NCBI GenBank assembly: GCA_030704615.1
Contig: CM060733.1
Location: 61,194,001-61,258,000, forward strand
From: Takakia lepidozioides
Lineage: Eukaryota > Plantae > Bryophyta
Length of the DNA: 64,000 nucleotides
Reading direction: 5' to 3'
The translations under genes were made by a program, and so were the position numbers. Numbering within the stretch: the first letter of the stretch is position 1; each line of letters opens with the position of its first letter. Under the pieces are notes generated by a model, which ran no database searches, was not told the origin of the DNA, and worked only from the letters and a program-made list of their open reading frames with translations. Positions 11,106 through 23,857 of this stretch are shown here, one piece after another.

Positions 11106-12021
11106 GGGTTTGCTCTCCACGCCGACTTCAGTCTGAGTGAGCTCAACGCCACTGTGAGGAGTCTCGAAGGTTAAAAGCCCGTTGTCTGGCTTCGCACTCT
11201 TAGCACGATTCATCTGACCACTGCGACAGCTATAGGGAGTTCTAAGTTCCTTGTAAACCCAACCCCCATCGTTGTGCCTTATCACGATGGCCCGTTCTTG
11301 TAGGGACAAATGGAACTCTTAACATTTATACCATCTACTACGGTACTTTCACTGCTGCCCAGCTAGTACCCCTTATGGACAGCCCACATAATCCTTCTCC
11401 CCCAACAAGCCCACTGGCCTGCTCAACACAAAGCACAGCGAAGGCCTTCAACGAGAAGACCCCCGGCGCCACTGACACCACGCCCCCGCAGCCTCTCCAT
11501 ACGCCTGGGCCAGTTACCGGATCACCACACGCACCTCGCACCTCGCTAGTAGCTTCACTGGCGCGACTCCTCAAGCTTCTCCAACATGCTGCGATTCTGG
11601 ATGGGCTACTCTTTGTTTGAGCAGCATGCTGTGGACGCCGAGCTACCACTCATTGAAGAAGAACGCTCCGGATTCGAACTGCAAAGCATTGGCCTCTGGC
11701 GACCATCTCTACTATAATAGTGCTTAAAAACAAAAACATCATATCTAGCTTAGCACTGGCAAACTAGATAGAGTCATCTCTCTCGAGTGATAGAAAAGCT
11801 AAGAACACACTGTTGACACAAAACATGAAAACCAAAACCATCACTCTTTGAAATAGTAGTCGAGCCAAGGGCACCCCAAGCTATGGGGACTCCACCCCAC
11901 AACAACCTACACTCCCATCATGAGTACACTCAGATCTAAACGCATGCAGGAGCTCGGTCGCGCATGCTCAACTCGAGAGAGATGAGCCGCGCGACTGCCG
12001 CTCTCGTGAAGATAAGACGGG

Positions 12022-12111
12022 TCAGGTGTCAAACTAAACTTGACACCTGATTTAACACTTGACCTAAATCCAAGTGTTAAATACAAATAACTAGCTTCAT
12101 TCTAGCTAGTT
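12022..12111. other. Three consecutive perfect hairpins
   Basis: TCAGGTGTCAA/TTGACACCTGA (11 bp), ATTTAACACTTG/CAAGTGTTAAAT (12 bp), AACTAGCT/AGCTAGTT (8 bp), with loops of 7-9 nt. Confidence 0.85.
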
Positions 12112-12119
12112 TCACACTG

Positions 12120-12734
12120 TACTTATTAAACTTGACACCAACTATATGAGCTACATGTGCCAATTGTCAGAATGCAAAACAGACAAAGTGTGTCCAATGG
12201 ACTTTTGAAATTGAAAACTGTGGACTGTCCATTTAACAGAATGAAACTTATGGACTCTAGAAAATGACTTTGCAATTGGGCAATTGCTCTAAAGACAACA
12301 TGTGGTGGGGGTCATTTTTGTTAATTTTGTAAATATGCATTTACATGGACAAACTTATTTCTGATTTAGACCTTATGGACTAATTTATGCTCCAAAAATG
12401 CGTGTTTTTTAAAAAGTATATAGCACTTTGTCTATTTTATTTTCCAGGTGGTACATCTCACTAAAATGGATACAAAAATATAATCTACAATGGCCTGGTG
12501 GTATATGGACAAATCGATGTAAATTTTAATTTTTGATTTATCAATTTTGATTCAAATTGAAGACTAAAATTTATAATAAAACTTACCTTTGATGTTTGGG
12601 ATAAGTCCCTTTACTAAAAATGTTAAATATACCATTGTGTATCATCATTTGAAATTACTTGGGGAAAGATCGTCAATTTTATGGACGGTCATGGACTACC
12701 ATAAACGTTGTCATCTGTCGTTTTTGGTCCACTG
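12120..12734. mobile_element. Possible Tc1/mariner-type non-autonomous remnant (one end only)
   Basis: AT-rich with repeated TGGAC motifs. Ends ..GGTCCACTG|TA (TA-CAGTGGACC on minus). No partner TIR seen. Confidence 0.3.
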
Positions 12735-12789
12735 TACCCTGCAACTGCCCGGGTAGCGGTGCCTAGGGTACCCTGGGGTACTCCAGAGG

Positions 12790-13820
12790 GGTTGGACTCA
12801 AGTTATCGCTTATTGGTGATGATGACAGTGAGGGAGCGAAACGCAGTGAGGTGGATGACTTTAAACATTTGTGGATCAGGGGGATAGGGATTTTAAGATT
12901 TTCTTGTAACGCATTAATACTTGTGGTATGAATCCAACCTCTAGTACCGGCTGTGATAAGTGATAGGGGGCCGGAACGCCACCCACGCTGGCGGATGACG
13001 AGGATGAGGGGGGATTACGTATTTTTTGTCGTTTTTCTAGGGTGGAGGGGGCAGGGTATCGGTCATGACAGTATGTGAATTCAATGAGGTGAATGGTTAG
13101 TTCTGGGGAAGAGGAAGTGGGTAGGGGGACATTGATGGGTAAGCCTTGGACAAGTAGGATATCCGGGCAGAGTCGAGAGGGACATGTACATGGTGAGTGA
13201 GGACAAGTACATGCTAGTGAGGGACAGTGTGGTCAGGGGGTCGGCCTTGGTAGGTATCAGCATTGATGAGTGAGAACCATCTGGTTTCTGATCTGGACAT
13301 GAGAAGTTTATGGATGTGCCAAACGGCATGATTATAGCGAGTGACGCGGAGACCATGTATAACGGGGTGAATACACCGACTGAGGAGGTGGGGCCAAGTG
13401 TTACGTACTGTATGTGTATGTGAGCATAACAGGTAGTTGGGGGATGAGAATAGGTGTGGCCAGACGATGTGCTTGCGTTAGTGTCCCATGTATTGGGTGT
13501 AACGAAATTTGAGTGTTTGTCGGATTTGCGTGTCGATGACAGTCTTGGTGTGCTAGAAGTAGTTTAACAATTTGTGGTGAAGAATTGTACATTGTGTCCA
13601 TTTTTGGATATGGGCTTTGGTATGGCCGGTAGAGGCTGAGCCTTTGAGAAAGTGTATGGGGTGATTAATGGAAGCCACGTGTGGTTAATGATACATGCAA
13701 TGAGGTTCCGGTCTGGGTGGCGAAGGCGACATGAGGGGCTTGAGAGGTGATTACGAAGAAGAAATAGTGAGGTAAGGCTGTCTTTGAAAATATAGTATGG
13801 AGGGGCAGGATGTGGCTATA
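12790..13820 (-). mobile_element. Non-LTR retrotransposon 3' remnant with RNase H, CCHC and restriction-like endonuclease (Dualen/RandI-like)
   Basis: Manual translation across stops: YIFKDSLTSLFLL..RHPDRNLIACII (RNase H); TLKFRYTQYMG..LLC..NTWPHLLSRC..RYNHAV (CCHC plus RHN-like); LCPDILLVQG..IHLIEFTYCHDRYP..EK..ITAGTRG (PD-(D/E)xK-like). Confidence 0.7.
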
Positions 13821-13829
13821 GATTTGTCA

Positions 13830-15970
13830 AATCATTGGAGACGAAGTGGTCGCACATCATACATAATATGTCCAAGTTCTCGAGAGTTTATCAGCTGGTG
13901 ATCATGAGAGTGAATGAATCGGGAACCAGCCTCGATGATAATCTCTGGATAGCGTGCCCTTGAGCTCTACCGACTCAAAAACCCTGCCAAGCCGGATTTC
14001 CTATACCTTAATTGATGGCTTTGTATAACGTGATGTTCTTCGCTAGGCAGAAAGACCACAAGATGCTCGCAAAGCATCCCCCTGCGTCAAGCGAAAGTCT
14101 TCGACTGTAAGCGGTACTACTACTGTCCCAGCGGTCGGAGGGGCTTCTGTCTACATCGACGTTACAACTCCAAGTTCAGTGGAGAGCGATATGGAAGATG
14201 GGCCTGAGGGTGGCTTGCCGACACCTCTCGCATGGCTAGGTCAATTGGATCGAGGACGGCCAATGATCAGTTGAGGATTGCTCAGTCGAGAGAGAGCTCA
14301 GCTATGACGTAAGCAGCTGCGACAGCAGATATTGCCAAGGCCTCCCTAGAGAAAGCAAAAATGATATCGGATGAATCGGCATTGGAGCTGTTCTTCATAT
14401 TGCCGCTTGATGCCGCAACGGGGGAGGACGCTTGTGAGTACCTATTACTGCGAAGGCGTGAGGAGTTTAATAAGATTCGCTGGTGCATTGCGAAGGATCA
14501 AACTGCAACAACAGCTGCCAAGGAATTAGCAGCTACGCGGGCTGTGATCATGTCAGTTGCACCTCTGCCAGCCAAGGGCCTTGCACCTACTCGAACCTTG
14601 TACCTATTCTTTATATGGAGCACCCAGATGACTTTGAGGATGACCCAAGCTAAGCTGCGGAGACTGTTTACCACGTAACGCATTTAGGTGATGAATCTGA
14701 GTTTGGGTTGCTTCTGAGTATTGATGTGCACATTAAGCAATTATATTGCCCTTTTTAATTTAGACTACTGCTGCCCCTTACAATCGATTGTCTGCAGTAT
14801 TCAGATGCTTGTATTTATGTTGTGTGCACAAAGGCTGCATTTTTTTCAATGATGAATAAAATCAATTCGTGTTTGATTCTGAATTTTGTTTTTTTGTTGG
14901 GAATGCTATTTTTTTAATGTGATTATCATCATATTAGCGTATAATTGTTCATGTTATGTTGCTACCCATTTTCATGTATGAAGCGGCCATATGATGTTAG
15001 GGTGGGAGTTCAGTCATCGTTGCAATCTTGTGAGCAAACAGAGTGTATATTCAGATCAGAGTCATGTTATGTTGCTGCCCTTTTGATGTGTGAATAGACC
15101 AGATGAGGTTAGGGTGAGACTTCAGTCTTGAGAGCAATCTTGTTAGCAAACATGTTGCCCAAAATTATACATGTTGTTGCATCTTTGACTCATGCAAGAC
15201 TGTAGATTTTGAGTTAAAGGATTGAGCAAACATGCTGCCCAATTTGATGTGGTACATTCGAGGTTAGATTGAGAACAAAATTACAAATGTTGCTATCTTT
15301 TTTATTCGTGCAAGACTGTAGGTTTTGAGTTAAAAGATTGAGCAAATATGTTGCCCAATTTCATGTGGCACATATGAGATTAGGTTGAGAGCGCAATTAC
15401 ACATGTTGTTGTCTCTTTCATGCAGGAGTGTAGATTCTAAATTTTGCAATAAATTATTCAATCAATTTGAGAAGTCACATTCATGAGTCACATGTCCAAT
15501 AAGGCTAGCCCTTTCCAACATATGATACACATAACTAGTTGAATTCCATCATTCAATATTACATCCAATCACGCAGGCCCTTTCATGCTCACCAATATTT
15601 TATTAAAATCCTTGTGAATTATAAATCAGAAATGACTCATACTATGTAATGTGCATTGCAATCAAGGGTGAAAGTACATCACGTGAAAATCAATAGAGAG
15701 AGAGTTACTTTTGGCCGCCCACAGATGCTCAATGATGTTAGACTGAAGTCTGTAGTGTGTGTTCATGTTCTCAATATCTTCAGTGCCTTCTACCAACCCT
15801 TGGAAGGTCAAGCCTCGCCTCATCTTTGCATTGCCAAATGGGTTAACCAAAGGCTCCAATCCCAAGTCTGATTCATCCTCAATAATCATATTGTGCAGGA
15901 TGACGCAAGCAAACATAATGTCTATAATGGTACCAAGATCCCACTGCTTGCAATGATTAGCAATGATAGT
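13830..15970. mobile_element. PIF/Harbinger DNA transposon remnant: Myb/SANT-like ORF (+) converging on transposase C-terminus (-)
   Basis: Plus strand about 13830-14500: LETKWSHI..SKF..NESGTS..ALELY..F.YLN.W. Minus strand 15662..15970: IIDIMFACVILHNMIIEDE and LQSNIIEHLW, a hallmark of plant PIF transposases. Confidence 0.8.
14950..15440. repeat. Degenerate tandem repeats of about 113-116 bp between the two Harbinger ORFs
   Basis: Recurring CATGTTATGTTGCT..GAGCAAACA and TGCAAGACTGTAG.TTTTGAGTTAAA.GATTGAGCAAA units. Confidence 0.65.
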
Positions 15971-15971
15971 G

Positions 15972-17638
15972 ACAAGTTCCTCTTACTGAAGCAGCCAAGG
16001 AAAAGACCTCATTTGTGTGTCGCATGGGCAAATACCAATATGAGACCATGCCTTTTGGTTTGTGCAATGCCACCTCTACATTCCAACGCCTAATGGACAT
16101 TGTTTTGGGCAATCTTCGCTGGGAGTGTGCTTTAATTTATGTCGATGATATCAATGTTTACTCAGCCAGTTTTGATACTCACTTAGCTGATCTGCAGCGT
16201 GTCTTCAGCAAATTGCGCACTGCAAGTCTCAAAGTAAAGCCCAAGAAGTGTGAGTTATTCATGCCTGAGCTGCACTTCCTTGGTCATATTCTGTCCAAAG
16301 ATGGTTTGCTTCCTGATCCTGCTAAGCTTGAGTCTGTTTGGGGTTTTCCTATCCCAAGGGATAAACATTGTATCAAATCCTTCCTTGGTCTGGCTTCTTA
16401 TTATAGGCGCTTCATAAATAACTTTGTCAATCTTGCTCACCCTCTGACCAAGGTGTTGTGCAAAGATGCCAGGTTTGAATGGACCTTCTCCTAGCAGGCT
16501 GTTTTTGATACCCTTCGCAAGGCTTTGTGTTCAGTTCCCATCCTGATGTTTCCCAACTTTGAGTTACCTTTCTTGCTTCAGACTGCTGCATCAGATATTG
16601 CCATCTCTGCAATTTTATGTCAAGTAGTAGAAGGCAAGGAGCATGTAATAGCTTATGCATCTTGTCATCTAGATCGTCATGAAATGAATTCCATATCTGA
16701 TAAGGAGGGTCTAGCCCTGGTCTTTGGTGTGAAGCATTTCAGACAATATTTACATGGCAGCCGGTTTGTGGTAGAGACTGATCATCTTCCACTAAAGGCT
16801 CTTGTTAAGCCAAGAGAACTTCATGGCAGACTTGATAGATGGGCTATGTACCTGCAGGAATTTGACATTGATATAGTCTACAAGAATGGCAAGGAAAACA
16901 CGAATGCTGATGCACTCACACGGAATTGATCCTCCCGTCAGCAGGCCTATGCTCACCTTGGATGACCTTGTTGCTGCTGATGTTGCCCCTCTTCTCAACC
17001 TTCTTTGTGCAGATCAGCAACCCTTGGCCCTGGATTCACATGACATATTAGTTGCTTGGGGCTGGTCTAGCCTACTATATGAGTCTGGTTGATTTAACCG
17101 TGTGTTAGTATGTGTGGTGGATCTATCGCTTAGCGAGCATTCGGATGGTTTAGTGGAAGTTCCTTATTGTGTTTCAGCCCTTCTCTTTCCTAGGCCCCCG
17201 AGTTGTTGTGATTCAGCTGTTGCACTCCGGTGTGATTATTGGCTTGAGCCTCAAGGCCTGGTAGTAACAAATGAGGTGAAGGTATCTCTGGCTGAAGATC
17301 ATAGGTGCAGGCACTCCAGACCACCTTCTCTAAACCCATTGTCTATCTCTTATGTGCAGTGCAGTCATGGATGATCAGCTACATGCTGCGCTACTCCAGC
17401 GATGCCAATCGGGGCGTTCGCCAGCTGGCTTTTCGGAGTCCTTGCGTAAACAAATTATCTATCATGTGTCTACTCACCGTTTTATGGGTGATAAGTTTTT
17501 CAAGGAGCTCACTAGAGAGGGAGTGCCATGCTACTTGGAGGTGCCACCACGGAGCTAGCTGAATGCTTTATTGGAGCGTTTCCATTGTTCCTTGTATGCA
17601 GGTCACCTTGGTATCAAGAAAACTGTGGCCCGCATCCC
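15972..17638 (+). mobile_element. pol: Second Ty3/Gypsy pol fragment (RT, RNase H, start of integrase zinc finger)
   Basis: MPFGLCNATSTFQRLMD, YVDD, SFLGLASYYRRF, IAYAS, TDHLPL, NADAL, then FHCSLYAGHLG. Truncated at both ends. Confidence 0.9.
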
Positions 17639-18053
17639 CGGGGGGTGCACTCTTTATAAATTGTGCGTATCACGTGCGTTCGTCGCCTAATAAAAAAAAC
17701 CCCCTATATACGGGTCCTTGGATAATTTATACCCCCTCTGTACATACTTTTTGAAGATTATAAAATCCCCTCCTGTAAATATACAAAAATTTACAATTTT
17801 TGGAAAGTACCCCCTTCTGTATGTATATTCTCATTTTTCATCATTAAAAATAACCCTCCAATATGTATATGTATGTTTTTATATTATATCGAATTTATTC
17901 ATTTAAAACATAATAAAATCTAACAAATTAATTAAAAAAATATATTTGCCTTTGATAAAGTTGTCAAAGACTTTTCGGTCATTTGCATCAAGAACATATG
18001 TGTTTGACTTGACATTGTACTTTAAACATGCTAACGCGATAATGGAATCCAAA

Positions 18054-21000
18054 TCAACCATCATTATCCGTCAAATCGTACGTATAGACCCCTCCTCGAA
18101 TTTTTTGGTACCATGCTAACCCAATCTCCATATGAGAAGGACGCTCCAATAAATCAACAGAATCCCTACATTCTACAAACCGCTTATTGATTTTCTTCCG
18201 CATTCTTTGAACCCTGCCCAAATACCAAGTGCCTTTGGTTGCTCCTCTGCAGGTTTTCCTTAGTCTACCTTTCCTGTTTGTAGTTTGGATCGCAGTCTCC
18301 CCATCAACAAAAAATACAGCACAATCCGAACCCAATCCCAAGCTCGTGGCTTTGTTGTTGGTAGTTGGTTTGTTTTCTCAGCAAAACAACATCGATGCAC
18401 TTCTTACTCGTGTCAATCTATCCTTGGATAGAGTAGGGTTGCCATTGAGTTGGCTAACCAAAGTGCTTTTGAATATGGTCTTCTCGTCTACTTTGACAAA
18501 TGGAACCACTGCCTTCGATCCATCTTTCTCTTGTTCAAACTCATCAACGACAGCATCCAGAGTATGTCTCAATTCACTTTGAACAAGTACCTCTTCCGCA
18601 CGATCATCCAAAGGTTGGCTCAAAACATCCTCCATTGAATTCGAAGGCCCGCACACCAATTCATCTTCCACGACCTCATTTTGAATATGTGTGTCTGCAT
18701 TAAGAGGACAAATAGAATCTATGGCATTGACATCATCACCCTCCTCTTCCATGCTTTTGAATAGCTCCGCCTCCATTTGTCTCTCAATTGTCCATGGCTC
18801 ATTCCACCAATCCAAGTTTGTTGCGTTGTTTGGTTTCATCCCAAGTTTATGGCATAAAAGTTGCGCTTCTAGAAATCCAGTTTCAAAGCCTCCACAATGC
18901 AATCATCCGATTGGACAGTAGAAAAGTCGGACAAATCAGCAAGGGGGATACCTGGCTTCTTCTCCAAAGAAGACCATATGTGTTATTGTTTCTTGTGAGC
19001 TCTTGAAAACTTGGGTCCTTTTGGATTCGCCTCGAACTCGGATATGCGTGTTAATGCTCCCGCACTCTCAATCAAATCACACCCGTCATATGTCCTCTCA
19101 TTCCGTAACATACCTCCCACTTTGCTGAAGAATATTTCACACACATCTGAACCAACAAGGCTCAAAGGAACTTGCACATGATTAAACTTATCCTTGAACA
19201 ATTTGATAAGTAGAACCACGTAGTGGCATGAAATTTGTAAATCCAAGTATGCTTCCCTGCTAATGAAGAAGGATTTCAGATTATACACCTCGTGGTGGAA
19301 TAGCCACAACTTCCACAATCTGAAAAAAAAAATGATACCTTCGCAGCAGATTGTACCCTCTCACACAATGACATGTGAGGAGACAAAAAAATGTCGATGT
19401 AGCATGAAATGATGTATAGGTAAATTTCAGTACCTTTGGTCCTCTCTCTTCGATGATTCACAGTTGATTGTAACTCCCTCAAACAAGCTTGCACCTTCCG
19501 AGATGTCAGTCGTTGAGCTGCTGCCCAATTCTGTCGATCTTCTCTTTTGATATCACATTCCCGAAGTCCATGCTTGTCCACTGAAAATGAATGGTAGACC
19601 AATAACACATGATTCAATGTAGCAACCTCATCACCCAACACCAAAGTCCGTGATGCACTGTCCAAGGGATTTACCAATTTTTTCCCTTTGTGGATGAAGT
19701 CCTGATCATGGAGTCCGTATATATCTCCCCCGTTGCACACTCGACCTGATCTCACAAAATTGTTGTCAAATCTATTGCAAGTGAGCTGGATTACCAATAC
19801 CAATCGAGGTAACCGTACATGTAGAGGATTTGCTATCAACACTCTAGCATAATGGGCAACCACATTGTTTTTGAATGCCTCCACAATATGTTTGTACCCT
19901 GATTCCCCTTCTCCCACTTGCACCACAAAATTTGAAATACATACATGGTTGTCTTGAAGCCCACAAAACCCGAGAAGGGTGTCATCCCTAGCAATCCAAC
20001 GTACCAATCGCTTCACAACAGTTTCATCTTCGGCCACCATCACTGGGATGCTTCCCAATGGAATATTTGCATCTTCCATCACATCTCTGTAAATTCCAGC
20101 CACATGCTGAAATATATCATCCGTTTCTCCCGCTCTATACTTCAAACCTTTCCTCAAAGACCGTCTTGTAGTATCAATAGAAGGACCCCCCACATTTGAA
20201 GCCAAAAAATGATGCAATCTCGGACCCCCCCAAAGCTGCACAGTCTCAAACATTGTTTTTGTGCTAGTACCATACCTCTTCCCTTGTGGAGACCTGTCAA
20301 TATTCTTGCCCATATCAACAAGAAAATCCCACAAACTTTCTTTTCCTTCAAAATCCCCCCTCCTATGTGCATCAACAATATCACGACAAAATTTGAGAAC
20401 ATCTCCTCTTTCAATTGCCTCAATCCCAGACTCCTTCAAACTTCTACATCGCACAGACAAGGATGCCACTTTGGTCCTGGCCTCCCACAATTTGAACCTC
20501 AACTGCCTCAACTCCTGTCTGTTTTTGTAAACTTGTTTGACAATCTCCGCATTTCCAAGATATGACAACCTTCTTCCCTTGCCAGTATCTCTCTCCCCTC
20601 TACATTCCATGGCACCTCTTTCTCTATATACCCTCATTCTGAAGTCATTTTCCAAGGGAATGGAAGAACATGCTGAACATCTCAAGTTTGGAAATGGCTC
20701 CCCATCCAATGACACTCTAAAACAATCCGCGTGCCGAAACGTACCAACAACCTTATGCTCTTGATTGTTAAGAGTGATGGTTGCATTTGTCAACGGCTCG
20801 ACATACCACTTCTTTCCTCCCTTGCTATCTTGAAGGAATGGTTTCAGACTTATTCTCTGCTGGTTGTACTCCCACCATTCATCCCAACACAAACTGTCTC
20901 TTCCTTTGTTGCATTGGGACCTTTGCTGTAATTGTCAATCCTCGATCAGATCTCCCCGTTGGGCAGCGTCAATACAAGCGTATGGAGTTTGTGACGAGGA

Positions 21001-22190
21001 TGCTCCCATTGTTGATGCCACAATTGGATTGTCAAGTGGTGGGGACGACAACACAGGTTGACTGACCAAGAAAGAGCTTAGATCCCGTTGCTTTACATCT
21101 TTGGCAATCATAGGCTTTGGAGGCCTTCCTCTCTTTTTGCAAGGTCCTTCACTACTTTCAACCTTCTGGCAAATCTCTGCATCGACATGAGTTTTTCCTT
21201 TCACATGCTCTGTCAAAGAAGATTGCAAAGAACCTGTCCTTGGAAACAAGAGTAGCCACTTCGAATCAAGTGGGCACCTAATCCTTATGGAACCCAACTG
21301 CGAATAGTCTCCAATTGTGGCTTCCACAATCTCAAATCTATTTCCAGGATTGTCCTCACAAAACCGAGCGACTTCCTCTAATGCCTCCTTCACCCTGTTC
21401 TTCTTTGCGTCTAATGCTTCATCTGCATTTACAGGGCTGATGACACATTGTGATGAACCCTTCCCATGACGCCTCTCATAGGCTATGCGATGCCCCTCAC
21501 TCCTCAAATGAGATCTCATAAAGTTTGCACATGCATCATATGGTTTGTTTTTCCCAGACCGTGCATAAACATCCTCACACTCAACACACCATATGTGGAA
21601 CATTGCTTGTCCTTGTTGATCCTTTGTCATCAGCTCAAACTTGTCACATCGTCCTTCTGCAGAGATTTTCCTTTCAACGGCTCTAATCTCTTTCTGCCAT
21701 TTTTGAATATCGTTGGATGTAGCCAACGTGCTGCACAATCTATCAGATCTCTGCTAAAGTGCATGTTCATGTGCATGGTCTTCATTTCCACCATCGCCAG
21801 CAAAGGGTGTATCAGGGTCCATCCTCATCTTGGTAGACACTGGTGCTGGGTCCTCGCCTGGTCTGTCCTCATGCAAGATCGTAGAACCACTGGAAGATAG
21901 AGGTCTTTTCAATCCTTGGATCCCATCGTTTTGGTCTGAAATCTTAATGTGTACAATATCCCCTTTCAGAACCATCCTCTCATCTTGCTTGGCTGAAAGG
22001 ACACTACCCCCCATGGAAAGGAAATGAAATTTTGCTGAGACAAGCTCATCACCTATAATTTTTGCTCGGATGCATTTGTATGTGACACCTTGCATAGTGA
22101 ACACAGAACCAAGCCTGTTTGGTGATGCATCTCCTCCAACGAGCATGACTTTTACTTCCAACTCTTCTTCCATGATGAGTTCACCTGCAA
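18054..22190 (-). mobile_element. Disrupted gene for a P-element/THAP9-like DDE transposase with N-terminal C2H2-like zinc fingers and an AT-hook
   Basis: Chain of minus ORFs (21754..22206, 20935..21738, 19276..20892, 18983..19318, 18378..18902, 18054..18341). Motifs CVEC..HLRSEGH, KKRGRPPK, GPSIDT, VAEDET, QDFIHKGKK (DxxH), DRQNWAAA, GSDVCEIFFSKVGG. Splice acceptor TTTTGCAG at about 22186. Confidence 0.65.
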
Positions 22191-22989
22191 AATGCAATGA
22201 AAACATTTCAAATCAGACCTTGATGGACCAATAACAAAGCACCCGGGTTGGAAGGTTCCAAAGTCCTGTTTTATACAACCCTATAGGCTGTCCAAGCAGG
22301 GACTACGTTGATAAGAGGATGAAATGTATACAGAAGCAAGTACCTGATTGATGAGTTTGACGTTGCTAATTCTTGCTGCTGTTATTGACCAAATGCTGCT
22401 ACTTCCACTGCTGGTAGCCCTCTTGGGTGATCCTGAACCCACAGTCCATCCTTGCATCAGCGGCTACCCCTCCCTCCACACTAACATATTTAAATACAAA
22501 GTTCTGTCAAACTCCCTACGATGTTGCATGAAGAAAGCTCACCTTGTTGACAATATTGTCCCACCGTTGTGGATCATATTTATAGAACTCATGCCAGCGC
22601 TGTTCCTTGCTCCAAATCTGGCCCTCTTGGATGATTTTGCACCCACGATCCTCTCCCTGCATCAACAGCTACCCCTCCCTGTCATGCTGCCACCTCGGCC
22701 CTAAACTTGCAAAGTCACTCCAACGCACCGCAAATCCACCCAACGAGCTAACTTACAGAATTCAATACATATGCTTCAGGGCTGAGGAGGATGAGAGGAA
22801 AAACAGGCTGAAACAGGTCAAACCAGAAGGTGCCCTCAGGCTGAAATGTGTTGAAGAAGGTACCTTCATCAGCAATGCCTTGCTCTATCAATTGCGCTGT
22901 TGCCGTTGTAGTTTCCAGTTGACCATCCACCCACATTGTCCCACCATTGACTGGGGGCAGAAAAGTGTCAGATTCCAAAGCTTCTCTTC

Positions 22990-23568
22990 ATGTTTGTGGT
23001 GCTATTGCAAGGTGACTTCAATGCGCAAGTGGGCAAAGGGCTCCATCAGGATGATATCATTGGGTCTTCTGGTGAGGACGAGCTGAATTCTAATGGCAGA
23101 CGGTTAATTAACTGTCTGGAAGAGCTTCAGCTTTTGACTTTGAATAACAAGACAAGAGGTGACCAAGTGTAGTGGACTCGTGAGAAATCCCAAACTGGGG
23201 AACGTTTCATTGTGGACTATATCATAATGGACAAAAATTTGTTCCCCGAGTGTTTCTCTTCGATGATCGACAGAACTGATATTGGTACCTCTGACCACTT
23301 CCTGGTTTAGACTGAGATCAAAAGGTGTTTTCCCAACACTAGAGTAGAAGAGATTCTCAAGGACCTGGACCTGGATCCGCAAGTCTTGACCCTGCTGGAT
23401 AAATCTGACTTAGAGGCTGTAGTGTCCAAAGCCATGTCTGTTGCCATGAGATTGTCTGATGAAAATGAAGTTAGGCAGAAAACTTCCCTGAACTTGTTTC
23501 TAGTCAGTGACATGGGGGAGGACATCTTGGATGACCTCAAGGGTCCACCCACTCTCGGCACTAGACTG
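22990..23568 (+). mobile_element. Internally deleted LINE: APE endonuclease joined directly to post-RT region; same family as 565-2029
   Basis: QGDFNAQVG..NSNGRRL..WTR..IVDYII..TSDHF. From about 23341 the sequence is near-identical to the reverse complement of about 1288-1514. Confidence 0.85.
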
Positions 23569-23569
23569 A

Positions 23570-23823
23570 TATGTGCAACTGCCGTAATTGGCGGTCACAC
23601 CGATTTTCAGCCAAAAGAAAAAAAAGAAAAAAAAAAACCGTTTTAAAAAAAAGGTTGGTGTGACCGTTAGGGCTGGTGGTTGCATGTAATTTTTTTAATT
23701 CTTTTTAATAGGTGTAACCGCCTGAATTGACAGTTGCACTAATTTTACAAAATTATGTTATAGACGACCTCTGGATTTTGGCGGTCGCATAAAAATTTAT
23801 ATAAAATTATAAAATTATAAAAT

Positions 23824-23857
<34 letters not shown>

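Larger units (their letters stand above)
3321..12116 (-). mobile_element. Degenerate Ty3/Gypsy LTR retrotransposon, domain order gag-PR-DNMT-RT-RH-INT; 3' end truncated inside integrase; 5' boundary tentative
   Basis: Gag with two zinc knuckles, protease LLDSGA, C5-MTase motifs, RT YIDD, RNase H (HTDWS..YEGECLA..TDHQPL), integrase zinc finger and D-D-E. No second LTR is in the window. The 5' end is guessed from a TG at 12116 on the minus strand. Confidence 0.85.

Noticed and set aside
11665-11712. PBS or tRNA-like sequence (TGGTCGCCAGAGG; GTTCGAATCC) for the DNMT element
   Set aside because: Not preceded by CA, and I cannot match it to a tRNA 3' end. Left unresolved.
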